Shown here one piece after another: positions 47,201 through 63,400 of a stretch of 64,000 nt of DNA. The DNA is from the human T2T-CHM13v2.0 reference genome, Homo sapiens, in assembly GCF_009914755.1 (NCBI RefSeq), contig NC_060927.1. One strand, written 5' to 3'. Made by a program: the position numbers and the translations under genes. Position 1 is the stretch's first letter. Each line of letters opens with the position of its first letter. Under the pieces are notes generated by a model. It was not told the DNA's origin and did not search any database. It was given only the letters and a program-made list of their open reading frames with translations.

Positions 47201-50200
47201 ATATACTGTATATAAAATATGAAAGTACATCAAATATATATTTTATTCTGTACATAAAATATCAAAGTACACCAGATATATATTCTATAGTGTACATAAA
47301 ATATCAAAGTACCCAAACTATACATTATATACTGTACATAAAATATGAAATTACAGCAAATATATATTATATTAGGTACATAAAATATGAAAGTACATCA
47401 AATATAGATTATATACTCTACATTAAATACCAAAGTACCCCAAATATATATTTTATACTGTACATGAAATATCAAAGTTCACAAACTATATATTATATAC
47501 TGTACATAAAATATCAATGTACCCAAGGTATATATTCTATACTGCACAAAAAATATCAAAGTACCCAAAGCATGTATTATATACTGTATATAAAATATGA
47601 AAGTACATCAAATATATATTTTATTCTGTACATAAAATATCAAAGTACACCAGATATATATTCTATAGTGTACATAAAATATCAAAGTACCCAAACTATA
47701 CATTATATACTGTACATAAAATATGAAATTACATCAAATATATATTATATTAGGAACATAAAATACGAAAGTACATCAAATATAGATTATATACTGTACA
47801 TAAAATATGAAAGTACCCCAATATATATTATATACTCTACATGAAATATCAAAGTTCACAAACTATATATTATGTACTGTACATAAAATATCAAACTACC
47901 CAAGGTATATATTCTATACTGTACAAAAAATATCAAAGTACCCAAAGCATGTATTATATAATGTACATAAAATATGAAAGTACATCAAATATATATTTTA
48001 TTCTGTACATAAAATATCAAAGAACACCAGATATATATTCTATAGTGTACATAAAATATCAAAGTACCCAAACTATACATTATATACTGTACATAAAATA
48101 TGAAATTACATCATATATATATTAGGTACATAAAATATGAAAGTACATCAAATATATATTTTATTCTGTACATAAAATATCAAAGTACACCAGATATATA
48201 TTCTATAGTGTACATAAAATAACAAAGTACACAAACTATAAAATATATACTGTACATAAATATGAAATTACATCAAATATATATTAGGTACATAAAATAT
48301 GAAAGTACATCAAATATAGATTATATACTGTACATATAATATCAATGTACCCGAAATATATATTTTATACTCTACATGAAATATCAAAGTTCACAAACCA
48401 TATATTGTATACTGCACATAAAATATCAAAATACACAAGGTATATATTCTATACTGTACAAAAAATATCAAAGTACCCAAAGCAGGTATTATATACTGTA
48501 TATAAAATATGAAAGTACATCAAATATATATTTTATTCTGTACATAAAATATCAAAGTACACCAGATATATATTCTATAGTGTACATAAAATATCAAGGT
48601 ACCCAAACTATATATTATATACTGTACATAAAATATGAAATTACAGCAAATATATATTATATTAGGTACATAAAATATGAAAGTACATCAAATATAGATT
48701 ATATACTGTACATTAAATACCAAAGTACCCCAAATATATATTTTATACTGTACATGAAATATCAAAGTTCACAAACTATATATTATATACTGTACATAAA
48801 ATATCAATGTACCCAAGGTATATATTCTATACTGCACAAAAAATATCAAAGTACCCAAAGCATGTATTATATACTGTATATAAAATATGAAAGTACATCA
48901 AATATATATTTTATTCTGTACATAAAATGTCAAAGTACACCAGATATATATTCTATAGTGTACATAAAATATCAAAGTACCCAAACTATACATTATATAC
49001 TGTACATAAAATATGAAATTACATCAAATATATATTAAGTACATAAAATATGAAAGTACATCAAATATAGATTATATAGTGTACATAAAATATCAATGTA
49101 CACCAAATATATATTATATACTCTACATGAAATATCAAAGTTCACAAACTATATATTATATACTGTCCATAAAATATCAAAGTACCCAAGGTATATATTT
49201 TATACTGTACAAAAAATATCAAAGTACCCAAAGCATGTATTATACACTATACCTAAAATATGAAAGTACATCAAATATATATTTTATTCTGTACATAAAA
49301 TATCAAAGTACACCAGATATATATTCTACAGTGTATATAAAATATCAAAGTACCCAAACTATACATTATATACTGTACATAAAATATGAAATTACATCAA
49401 ATATATATTTTATTCTGTACATAAAATGTCAAAGTACACCAGATATATATTCTATAGTGTACATAAAATATCAAAGTACCCAAACTATACATTATATACT
49501 GTACATAAAATATGAAATTACATCAAATATATATTAAGTACATAAAATATGAAAGTACATCAAATATAGATTATATAGTGTACATAAAATATCAATGTAC
49601 ACCAAATATATATTATATACTCTACATGAAATATCAAAGTTCACAAACTATATATTATATACTGTCCATAAAATATCAAAGTACCCAAGGTATATATTTT
49701 ATACTGTACAAAAAATATCAAAGTACCCAAAGCATGTATTATATACTATACCTAAAATATGAAAGTACATCAAATATATATTTTATTCTGTACATAAAAT
49801 ATCAAAGTACACCAGATATATATTCTACAGTGTATATAAAATATCAAAGTACCCAAACTATACATTATATACTGTACATAAAATATGAAATTACATCAAA
49901 TATATATTATATTAGGTACATAAAATATGAAAGTACATGAAGTATAGATTATATACTGTACATAAAATATCAAAGTACCCCAAATTTATATTATATACTA
50001 TACATGAAATATCAAAGTTCACAAACTATATATTATATACTGTACATAAAATATCAAATTACCCAAGGTATATATTCTATAGTGTACAAAAAATATCAAA
50101 GTACCCAAAGCATGTATTATATACCGTACGTAAAATATAAAATTACATCAAATATATATTTTATTCTGTACATAAAATATCAAAGTACACCAGATATATA

Positions 50201-53200
50201 TACTATAGTGTACATAAAATATCAAAGTACCCAAACTATACATTATACACTGCACATAAAATATGAAATTACATCAAATATATATTAGGTACATAAAATA
50301 TGAAAGTACTTCAAATATAGATTATATACTGTAAATATAATATCAATGTACCCCAAATATATATTTTATACTCTACATGAAATATCAAAGTTCACAAACC
50401 ATATATTATATACTGTAAATAAAATATCAAAGTACCCAAGGTATATATTCTATACTGTACAAAAAATATCAAAGTACCCAAAGCATGTATTATATACTGT
50501 ACATAAAATATGAAAGTACATCAAATATATATTTTATTCTGTACATAAAATATCAAAGTACACCAGATATATATTCTATAGTGTACATAAAATAACAAAG
50601 TACACAAACTATAAATTATATCCTGTACATAAAATATGAAATTACATCAAATATATATTAGGTACATAAAATATGAAAGTACATCAAATATAGATTATAT
50701 ACTGTACATTAAGTACCAAAGTACACCAAATATATATTTTATTCTGTACATAAAATATCAAAGTACACCAGATATATATTCTATAGTGTACATAAAATAT
50801 CAAAGTACCCAAACTATACATTATATACTGTACATAAAATATGAAATTACAGCAAATATATATTATATTAGGTACATGAAATATGAAAGTACATCAAATA
50901 TAGATTATATACTGTACATAAAATATGAAAGTACCCCAAATATATATTATATACTCTACATGAAATATCAAAGTTCACAAACTATATATTATATACTGTA
51001 CATAAAATATCAAAGTACCCAAGGTATATATTCTATACTGTACAAAAAATATCAAAGTATCCAAAGCATGTATTATATACTGTATATAAAATATGAAAGT
51101 ACATCAAATATATATTTTATTCTGTACATAAAATATCAAAGTACACCAGATATATATTCTATAGTGTACATAAAATATCAAAGTACCCAAACTATACATT
51201 ATATACTGTACATAAAATATGAAATTACAGCAAATATATATTATATTAGGTACATAAAATATGAAAGTACATCAAATATAGATTATATACTCTACATTAA
51301 ATACCAAAGTACCCCAAATATATATTTTATACTGTACATGAAATATCAAAGTTCACAAACTATATATTATATACTGTACATAAAATATCAATGTACCCAA
51401 GGTATATATTCTATACTGCACAAAAAATATCAAAGTACCCAAAGCATGTATTATATACTGTATATAAAATATGAAAGTACATCAAATATATATTTTATTC
51501 TGTACATAAAATATCAAAGTACACCAGATATATATTCTATAGTGTACATAAAATATCAAAGTACCCAAACTATACATTATATACTGTACATAAAATATGA
51601 AATTACATCAAATATATATTATATTAGGTACATAAAATACGAAAGTACATCAAATATAGATTATATACTGTACATAAAATATGAAAGTACCCCAATATAT
51701 ATTATATACTCTACATGAAATATCAAAGTTCACAAACTATATATTATGTACTGTACATAAAATATCAAACTACCCAAGGTATATATTCTATACTGTACAA
51801 AAAATATCAAAGTACCCAAAGCATGTATTATATAATGTAAATAAAATATGAAAGTACATCAAATATATATTTTATTCTGTACATAAAATATCAAAGAACA
51901 CCAGATATATATTCTATAGTGTACATAAAATATCAAAGTACCCAAACTATACATTATATACTGTACATAAAATATGAAATTACATCATATATATATTAGG
52001 TACATAAAATATGAAAGTACATCAAATATATATTTTATTCTGTACATAAAATATCAAAGTACACCAGATATATATTCTATAGTGTACATAAAATAACAAA
52101 GTACACAAACTATAAAATATATACTGTACATAAAATATGAAATTACATCAAATATATATTAGGTACATAAAATATGAAAGTACATCAAATATAGATTATA
52201 TACTGTACATATAATATCAATGTACCCGAAATATATATTTTATACTCTACATGAAATATCAAAGTTCACAAACCATATATTGTATACTGCACATAAAATA
52301 TCAAAATACACAAGGTATATATTCTATACTGTACAAAAAATATCAAAGTACCCAAAGCAGGTATTATATACTGTATATAAAATATGAAAGTACATCAAAT
52401 ATATATTTTATTCTGTACATAAAATATCAAAGTACACCAGATATATATTCTATAGTGTACATAAAATATCAAGGTACCCAAACTATATATTATATACTGT
52501 ACATAAAATATGAAATTACAGCAAATATATATTATATTAGGTACATAAAATATGAAAGTACATCAAATATAGATTATATACTGTACATTAAATACCAAAG
52601 TACCCCAAATATATATTTTATACTGTACATGAAATATCAAAGTTCACAAACTATATATTATATACTGTACATAAAATATCAATGTACCCAAGGTATATAT
52701 TCTATACTGCACAAAAAATATCAAAGTACCCAAAGCATGTATTATATACTGTATATAAAATATGAAAGTACATCAAATATATATTTTATTCTGTACATAA
52801 AATGTCAAAGTACACCAGATATATATTCTATAGTGTACATAAAATATCAAAGTACCCAAAGTATACATTATATACTGTACATAAAATATGAAATTACATC
52901 AAATATATATTAAGTACATAAAATATGAAAGTACATCAAATATAGATTATATAGTGTACATAAAATATCAATGTACACCAAATATATATTATATACTCTA
53001 CATGAAATATCAAAGTTCACAAACTATATATTATATACTGTCCATAAAATATCAAAGTACCCAAGGTATATATTTTATACTGTACAAAAAATATCAAAGT
53101 ACCCAAAGCATGTATTATACACTATACCTAAAATATGAAAGTACATCAAATATATATTTTATTCTGTACATAAAATATCAAAGTACACCAGATATATATT

Positions 53201-56200
53201 CTACAGTGTATATAAAATATCAAAGTACCCAAACTATACATTATATACTGTACATAAAATATGAAATTACATCAAATATATATTTTATTCTGTACATAAA
53301 ATGTCAAAGTACACCAGATATATATTCTATAGTGTACATAAAATATCAAAGTACCCAAACTATACATTATATACTGTACATAAAATATGAAATTACATCA
53401 AATATATATTAAGTACATAAAATATGAAAGTACATCAAATATAGATTATATAGTGTACATAAAATATCAATGTACACCAAATATATATTATATACTCTAC
53501 ATGAAATATCAAAGTTCACAAACTATATATTATATACTGTCCATAAAATATCAAAGTACCCAAGGTATATATTTTATACTGTACAAAAAATATCAAAGTA
53601 CCCAAAGCATGTATTATATACTATACCTAAAATATGAAAGTACATCAAATATATATTTTATTCTGTACATAAAATATCAAAGTACACCAGATATATATTC
53701 TACAGTGTATATAAAATATCAAAGTACCCAAACTATACATTATATACTGTACATAAAATATGAAATTACATCAAATATATATTATATTAGGTACATAAAA
53801 TATGAAAGTACATGAAGTATAGATTATATACTGTACATAAAATATCAAAGTAACCCAAATTTATATTATATACGATACATGAAATATCAAAGTTCACAAA
53901 CTATATATTATATACTGTACATAAAATATCAAAGTACCCAAGGTATATATTCTATAGTGTACAAAAAATATCAAAGTACCCAAAGCATGTATTATATACC
54001 GTACGTAAAATATAAAATTACATCAAATATATATTTTATTCTGTACATAAAATATCAAAGTACACCAGATATATATACTATAGTGTACATAAAATATCAA
54101 AGTACCCAAACTATACATTATACACTGCACATAAAATATGAAATTACATCAAATATATATTAGGTACATAAAATATGAAAGTACTTCAAATATAGATTAT
54201 ATACTGTAAATATAATATCAATGTACCCCAAATATATATTTTATAATCTACATGAAATATCAAAGTTCACAAACCATATATTATATACTGTAAATAAAAT
54301 ATCAAAGTACCCAAGGTATATATTCTATACTGTACAAAAAATATCAAAGTACCCAAAGCATGTATTATATACTGTACATAAAATATGAAAGTACATCAAA
54401 TATATATTTTATTCTGTACATAAAATATCAAAGTACACCAGATATATATTCTATAGTGTACATAAAATAACAAAGTACACAAACTATAAATTATATCCTG
54501 TACATAAAATATGAAATTACATCAAATATATATTAGGTACATAAAATATGAAAGTACATCAAATATAGATTATATACTGTACATTAAGTACCAAAGTACA
54601 CCAAATATATATTTTATTCTGTACATAAAATATCAAAGTACACCAGATATATATTCTATAGTGTACATAAAATATCAAAGTACCCAAACTATACATTATA
54701 TACTGTACATAAAATATGAAATTACAGCAAATATATATTATATTAGGTACATGAAATATGAAAGTACATCAAATATAGATTATATACTGTACATAAAATA
54801 TGAAAGTACCCCAAATATATATTATATACTCTACATGAAATATCAAAGTTCACAAACTATATATTATATACTGTACATAAAATATCAAAGTACCCAAGGT
54901 ATATATTCTATACTGTACAAAAAATATCAAAGTATCCAAAGCATGTATTATATACTGTATATAAAATATGAAAGTACATCAAATATATATTTTATTCTGT
55001 ACATAAAATATCAAAGTACACCAGATATATATTCTATAGTGTACATAAAATATCAAAGTACCCAAACTATACATTATATACTGTACATAAAATATGAAAT
55101 TACAGCAAATATATATTATATTAGGTACATAAAATATGAAAGTACATCAAATATAGATTATATACTGTACATTAAATACCAAAGTACCCCAAATATATAT
55201 TTTATACTGTACATGAAATATCAAAGTTCACAAACTATATATTATATACTGTACATAAAATATCAATGTACCCAAGGTATATATTCTATACTGCACAAAA
55301 AATATCAAAGTACCCAAAGCATGTATTATATACTGTATATAAAATATGAAAGTACATCAAATATATATTTTATTCTGTACATAAAATATCAAAGTACACC
55401 AGATATATATTCTATAGTGTACATAAAATATCAAAGTACCCAAACTATACATTATATACTGTACATAAAATATGAAATTACATCAAATATATATTAGGTA
55501 CATAAAATATGAAAGTACATCAAATATAGATTATATACTGTACATTAAGTACCAAAGTACACCAAATATATATTTTATTCTGTACATAAAATATCAAAGT
55601 ACACCAGATATATATTCTATAGTGTACATAAAATATCAAAGTACCCAAACTATACATTATATACTGTACATAAAATATGAAATTACATCAAATATATATT
55701 ATATTAGGTAAATGAAATATGAAAGTACATCAAATATAGATTATATACTGTACATAAAATATGAAAGTACCCCAAATATATATTATATACTCTACATGAA
55801 ATATCAAAGTTCACAAACTATATATTATATACTGTACATAAAATATCAAAGTACCCAAGGTATATATTCTATACTGTACAAAAAATATCAAAGTATCCAA
55901 AGCATGTATTATATACTGTATATAAAATATGAAAGTACATCAAATATATATTTTATTCTGTACATAAAATATCAAAGTACACCAGATATATATTCTATAG
56001 TGTACATAAAATATCAAAGTACCCAAACTATACATTATATACTGTACATAAAATATGAAATTACAGCAAATATATATTATATTAGGTACATAAAATATGA
56101 AAGTACATCAAATATAGATTATATACTCTACATTAAATACCAAAGTACCCCAAATATATATTTTATACTGTACATGAAATATCAAAGTTCACAAACTATA

Positions 56201-59200
56201 TATTATATACTGTACATAAAATATCAATGTACCCAAGGTATATATTCTATACTGCACAAAAAATATCAAAGTACCCAAAGCATGTATTATATACTGTATA
56301 TAAAATATGAAAGTACATCAAATATATATTTTATTCTGTACATAAAATATCAAAGTACACCAGATATATATTCTATAGTGTACATAAAATATCAAAGTAC
56401 CCAAACTATACATTATATACTGTACATAAAATATGAAATTACATCAAATATATATTATATTAGGTACATAAAATACGAAAGTACATCAAATATAGATTAT
56501 ATACTGTACATAAAATATGAAAGTACCCCAATATATATTATATACTCTACATGAAATATCAAAGTTCACAAACTATATATTATGTACTGTACATAAAATA
56601 TCAAACTACCCAAGGTATATATTCTATACTGTACAAAAAATATCAAAGTACCCAAAGCATGTATTATATAATGTAAATAAAATATGAAAGTACATCAAAT
56701 ATATATTTTATTCTGTACATAAAATATCAAAGAACACCAGATATATATTCTATAGTGTACATAAAATATCAAAGTACCCAAACTATACATTATATACTGT
56801 ACATAAAATATGAAATTACATCATATATATATTAGGTACATAAAATATGAAAGTACATCAAATATATATTTTATTCTGTACATAAAATATCAAAGTACAC
56901 CAGATATATATTCTATAGTGTACATAAAATAACAAAGTACACAAACTATAAAATATATACTGTACATAAAATATGAAATTACATCAAATATATATTAGGT
57001 ACATAAAATATGAAAGTACATCAAATATAGATTATATACTGTACATATAATATCAATGTACCCGAAATATATATTTTATACTCTACATGAAATATCAAAG
57101 TTCACAAACCATATATTGTATACTGCACATAAAATATCAAAATACACAAGGTATATATTCTATACTGTACAAAAAATATCAAAGTACCCAAAGCAGGTAT
57201 TATATACTGTATATAAAATATGAAAGTACATCAAATATATATTTTATTCTGTACATAAAATATCAAAGTACACCAGATATATATTCTATAGTGTACATAA
57301 AATATCAAGGTACCCAAACTATATATTATATACTGTACATAAAATATGAAATTACAGCAAATATATATTATATTAGGTACATAAAATATGAAAGTACATC
57401 AAATATAGATTATATACTGTACATTAAATACCAAAGTACCCCAAATATATATTTTATACTGTACATGAAATATCAAAGTTCACAAACTATATATTATATA
57501 CTGTACATAAAATATCAATGTACCCAAGGTATATATTCTATACTGCACAAAAAATATCAAAGTACCCAAAGCATGTATTATATACTGTATATAAAATATG
57601 AAAGTACATCAAATATATATTTTATTCTGTACATAAAATATCAAAGTACACCAGATATATATTCTATAGTGTACATAAAATATCAAAGTACCCAAACTAT
57701 ACATTATATACTGTACATAAATATGAAATTACATCAAATATATATTATATTAGGTACATAAAATATGAAAGTACATGAAGTATAGATTATATACTGTAGA
57801 TAAAATATCAAAGTACCCCAAATTTATATTATATACTATACATGAAATATCAAAGTTCACAAACTATATATTATATACTGTTCATAAAATATCAAAGTAC
57901 CCAAGGTATATATTCTATAGTGTACAAAAAATATCAAAGTACCCAAAGCATGTATTATATACCGTACATAAAATATAAAATTACATCAAATATATATTTT
58001 ATTCTGTACATAAAATATCAAAATACACCAGATATATATACTATAGTGTACATAAAATATCAAAGTACCCAAACTATACATTATACACTGTACATAAAAT
58101 ATGAAATTACATCAAATATATATTAGGTACATAAAATATGAAAGTACATCAAATATAGATTATATACTGTAAATATTATATCAATGTACCCCAAATATAT
58201 ATTTTATACTCTACATGAAATATCAAAGTTCACAAACCATATATTATATACTGTACATAAAATATCAAAGTACCCAAGGTATATATTCTATACTGAACAA
58301 AAAATATCAAAGTACCCAAAGCATGTATTATATACTGTACATAAAATATGAAAGTACATCAAATATATATTTTATTCTGTACATAAAATATCAAAGTACA
58401 CCAGATATATATTCTATAGTGTACATAAAATATCAAAGTACCCAAACTATACATTATATACTGTACATAAAATATGAAATTACATCAAATATATATTATA
58501 TTTGGTACATGAAATATGAAAGTACATCAAATATAGATTATATACTGTACATAAAATATGAAAGTACCCCAAATATATATTATATACTCTACATGAAATA
58601 TCAAAGTTCACAAACTATATATTATATACTGTACATAAAATATCAAAGTACCCAAGGTATATATTCTATACTGTACAAAAAATATCAAAGTATCCAAAGC
58701 ATGTATTATATACTGTATATAAAATATGAAAGTACATGAAATATATATTTTATTCCGTACATAAAATATCAAAGTACACCAGATATATATTCTATAGTGT
58801 ACATAAAATATCAAAGTACCCAAACTATACATTATATACTGTACATAAAATATGAAATTACAGCAAATATATATTATATTAGGTACATAAAATATGAAAG
58901 TACATCAAATATAGATTATATACTGTACATTAAATACCAAAGTACCCCAAATATATATTTTATACTGTACATGAAATATCAAAGTTCACAAACTATATAT
59001 TATATACTGTACATAAAATATCAATGTACACAAGGTATATATTCTATACTGCACAAAAAATATCAAAGTACCCAAAGCATGTATTATATACTGTATATAA
59101 AATATGAAAGTACATCAAATATATATTTTATTCTGTACATAAAATATCAAAGTACACCAGATATATATTCTATAGTGTACATAAAATAACAAAGTACACA

Positions 59201-60472
59201 AACTATAAATTATATCCTGTACATAAAATATGAAATTACATCAAATATATATTAGGTACATAAATTATGAAAGTACATCAAATATAGATTATATACTGTA
59301 CATTAAGTACCAAAGTACACCAAATATATATTTTATACTCTACATGAAATATCAAAGTTCACAAACCATATATTATATACTGTGCATAAAATATCAAAGT
59401 ACCCAAGGTATATATTCTATACTGTACAAAAAATGTCAAAGTACCCAAAGCATGTATTATATACTATACATAAAATATGAAATTACATCAAATATATATT
59501 TTATTCTGTACATAAAATATCAAAGTACACCAGATATATATTCTATAGTGTACATAAAATATCAAAGTACCCAAACTATACATTATATACTGTACATAAA
59601 ATGTGAAATTACATAAAATATATATTATATTAGGTACATAAAATATGAAAGTACATCAAATATAGATTATATACTGTACATTAAATACCAATATACCCCA
59701 AATATATATTTTATACTGTACATGAAATATCAAAGTTCACACACTATATATTATATACTGTACATAAAATATCAAAGTACCCAAGGTATATATTCTATAC
59801 TGTACAAAAAACATCAAAGTACCCAAAGCATGTATTATATACTGTACATAAAATATGAAAGTACATCAAATATATATTTTATTCTGTACATAAAATATCA
59901 AAGTACACCAGATATATATTCTATAGTGTACATAAAATAACAAAGTACCCAAACTATACATTATATACTGTACATAAAATATGAAATTACATCAAATATA
60001 TATTATATTAGGTACATAAAATAAGAAAGTACATCAAATATAGATTATATACTGTACATAAAATATCAAAGTACCCCAAATATATATTATATACTCTACA
60101 TGAAATATCAAAGTTCACAAACTATATATTATATACTGTACATAAAATATCAAAGTACCCAAGGTATATATTCTATACTGTACAAAAAATATCAAAGTAT
60201 CCAAAGCATGATTTATATACTGTATATAAAATATGAAAGTACATTAAAGATATATTTTATTCTGTACATAAAATATCAAAATACACCAGATATATATTCT
60301 ATAGTGTACATAAAATAACAAAGTACACAAACTATAAATTATATACTGTACATAAAATATGAAATTACATCAAATATATATTAGGTACATAAAATATGAA
60401 AGTACATCAAATATAGATTATATACTGTACATATAATATCAATGTACCCCAAATATATATTTTATACTCTAC
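44238..60472 (+). repeat. Super-repeat copy C (16,235 bp; copy B plus 3,875-bp internal gain, minus 1 bp)
   Basis: Offset 16,235 for 44238/60473, 42562/58797, 40852/57087 and 36016/52251. The extra block is ~48376-52250 and there is a 1-bp deletion near 48260 (ACATAAATATG). Confidence 0.9.
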
Positions 60473-63400
60473 ATGAAATATCAAAGTTCACAAACCATAC
60501 ATTATATACTGTACATAAAATATCAAAGTACCCAAGTTATATATTCTATACTGTACAAAAGATATCAAAGTACCCAAAGCATGTATTATATACTGTATAT
60601 AAAATATGAAAGTACATCAAATATATATTATATACTGTACATAAAATATCAAAGTACACCAGATATATATTTTATAGTGTTCATAAAATATCAAAGTACC
60701 CAAACTATACATTATATACTGAACATAAAATATGAGATTACATCAAATATATATTATATTAGGTACATAAAATATGAAAGTACATCAGATATAGATTATA
60801 TACTGTACATACAATATCAAAGTACCCCAAATATATATTATATACTCTACATGAAATATCAAAGTTCACAAACTATATATTATATACTGTACATAAAATA
60901 TCAAAGTACCCAAGGTATATATTCTATACTGTACAAAAAATATCAAAATACCCAAAGCATGTATTATATACTGTATATAAAATATGAAAATACATTAAAT
61001 ATATATTTTTTCTGTACATAAAATATCAAAGTACACCAGATATATATTCTATAGTGTACATAAAATAACAAAGTACACAAACTATAAATTATATACTGTA
61101 CATAAAATATGAAATTACATCAAATATATATTAGGTACATAAAATATGAAAGTACATCAAATATAGATTATATACTGTACATATAATATCAGTGTACCCC
61201 AAATATATATTTTATACTCTACCTGAAATATCAAAGTTCACAAACCATACATTATATACTTTCCATAAAATATCAAAGTACCCATGGCATATATTCTATA
61301 CTGTACAAAAGATATCAAAGTACCCAAAGCATGTATTATATACTGTACATAAAATATGAAAGTACATCAAATATATATTTTATTCTGTACATAAAATATC
61401 AAAGTACACCAGATATATATTCTATAGTGTACATAAAATATCAAAGTACCCAAACTATATATTATATACTGTACATAAAATATGAAATTACATCAAATAT
61501 GTATTATATTAGGTACATAAAATATGAAAGTACATCAAATATAGATTATATACCGTACATAAAATATCAAAGTACCCCAAATATATATTATATACTATAC
61601 ATGAAATATCAAATATCACAAACTATATATTATATACTGTACATAAAATATCAAAGTACCCAATGTATATATTCTATAGTGTACAAAAAATATCAAAGTA
61701 CCCAAAGCATGTATTATATACTGTACATAAAATATAAAAGTACATCAAATATATATTTTATTCTGTACATAAAATATGAAAGTACACCAGATATATATTC
61801 TATAGTGTACATAAAATATCAAAGTACCCAAACTATACATTATATACGGTACATAAAATATGAAATTACATCAAATATATATTATATTAGGTACTTAAAA
61901 TATGAAAGTACATCAAATATAGATTATATACTGTACATAAAATATCAAAGTACCCCAAATATATATTATATACTGTACATGAAATATCAAAGTTCACAAC
62001 TATATATTATATACTGTAGATAAAATATCAAAGTCCCCAAGGTATATATTCTATACTGTACAAAAAATATCAAAGTACACAAAGCATGTATTATATACTG
62101 TACATAAAATATGAAATTACATCAAATATATATTATATTAGGTACATAAAATATGAAAGTACATCAAATATAGATTATATACTGTACATAAAATATCAAA
62201 GTACCCCAAATATATATTATATACTGTACATGTAATATCAAAGTTCACAACTATATATTACATACTGTACATAAAATATCAAAGTACCCAAGGTATATAT
62301 TCTATACTGTACAAAAAATATCAAAGTACCCAAAGCATGTATTATATACTGTACATAAAATATGAAAGTACATCAAATATATATTTTATTCTGTACATAA
62401 AATATCAAAGTACACCAGATATATATTCTATAGTGTATATAAAATATCAAAGTACCCAAACTATACATTATATACTGTACATAAAATATGAAATTACATC
62501 AAATATATATTATATTGGGTACATAAAATATGAAAGTACATGAAGTATAGATTATATACTGTACATAAAATATCAAAGTACCCCAAATTTATATTATATA
62601 CTATACATGAAATATCAAAGTTCACAAACTATATATTATATACTGTACATAAAATATCAAAGTACCCAAGGTATATATTCTATAGTGTACAAAAAATATC
62701 AAAGTACCCAAAGCATGTATTATATACCGTACATAAAATATAAAATTACATCAAATATATATTTTATTCTGTACATAAAATATCAAAGTACACCAGATAT
62801 ATATTCTATAGAGTACATAAAATATCAAAGTACCCAAACTATACATTACATACTGTACATAAAATATGAAATTACATCAAATATATATTATAATAGGTAC
62901 ATAAAATATGAAAGTACATGAAATATAGATTATATACTGTACATTAAATACGAAAGTACCCCAAATATATATTTTGTACTGTACATGAAATATCAAAGTA
63001 CCCAAGGTATATATTCTATACTGTACAAAAAATATCAAAGTACCCAAAGCATGTATTACAAACTGTACATAAAATATGAAAGTCCATCAAATAAATATTT
63101 TATTCTGTACATAAAATATCAAAGTACACCAGATATATATTCTATAGTGTACATAAAATATCAAAGTACCCAAACTATACATTATATACTGTACATAAAA
63201 TATGAAATTACATCAAATATATATTATATTAGGTACATAAAATATGAAAGTACATCAAATATAGATTATATACTGTACATTAAGTACCAAAGTACCCCAA
63301 ATATATATTTTATACTGTACATGAAATATCAAAGTTCACAAACTATATATTATATACTGTACATAAAATATCAAAGTACCCAAGGTATATATTCTATACT

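Noticed and set aside
160-62921. More than 100 Tyr/Ile/Lys-rich ORFs up to 364 aa with a 14-aa repeat
   Set aside because: The 42-bp monomer is a multiple of 3 and one frame lacks stops by chance. The ORFs are broken at random by indels and stop variants. There is no non-repetitive domain or promoter/splice context, so they are not called as CDS.
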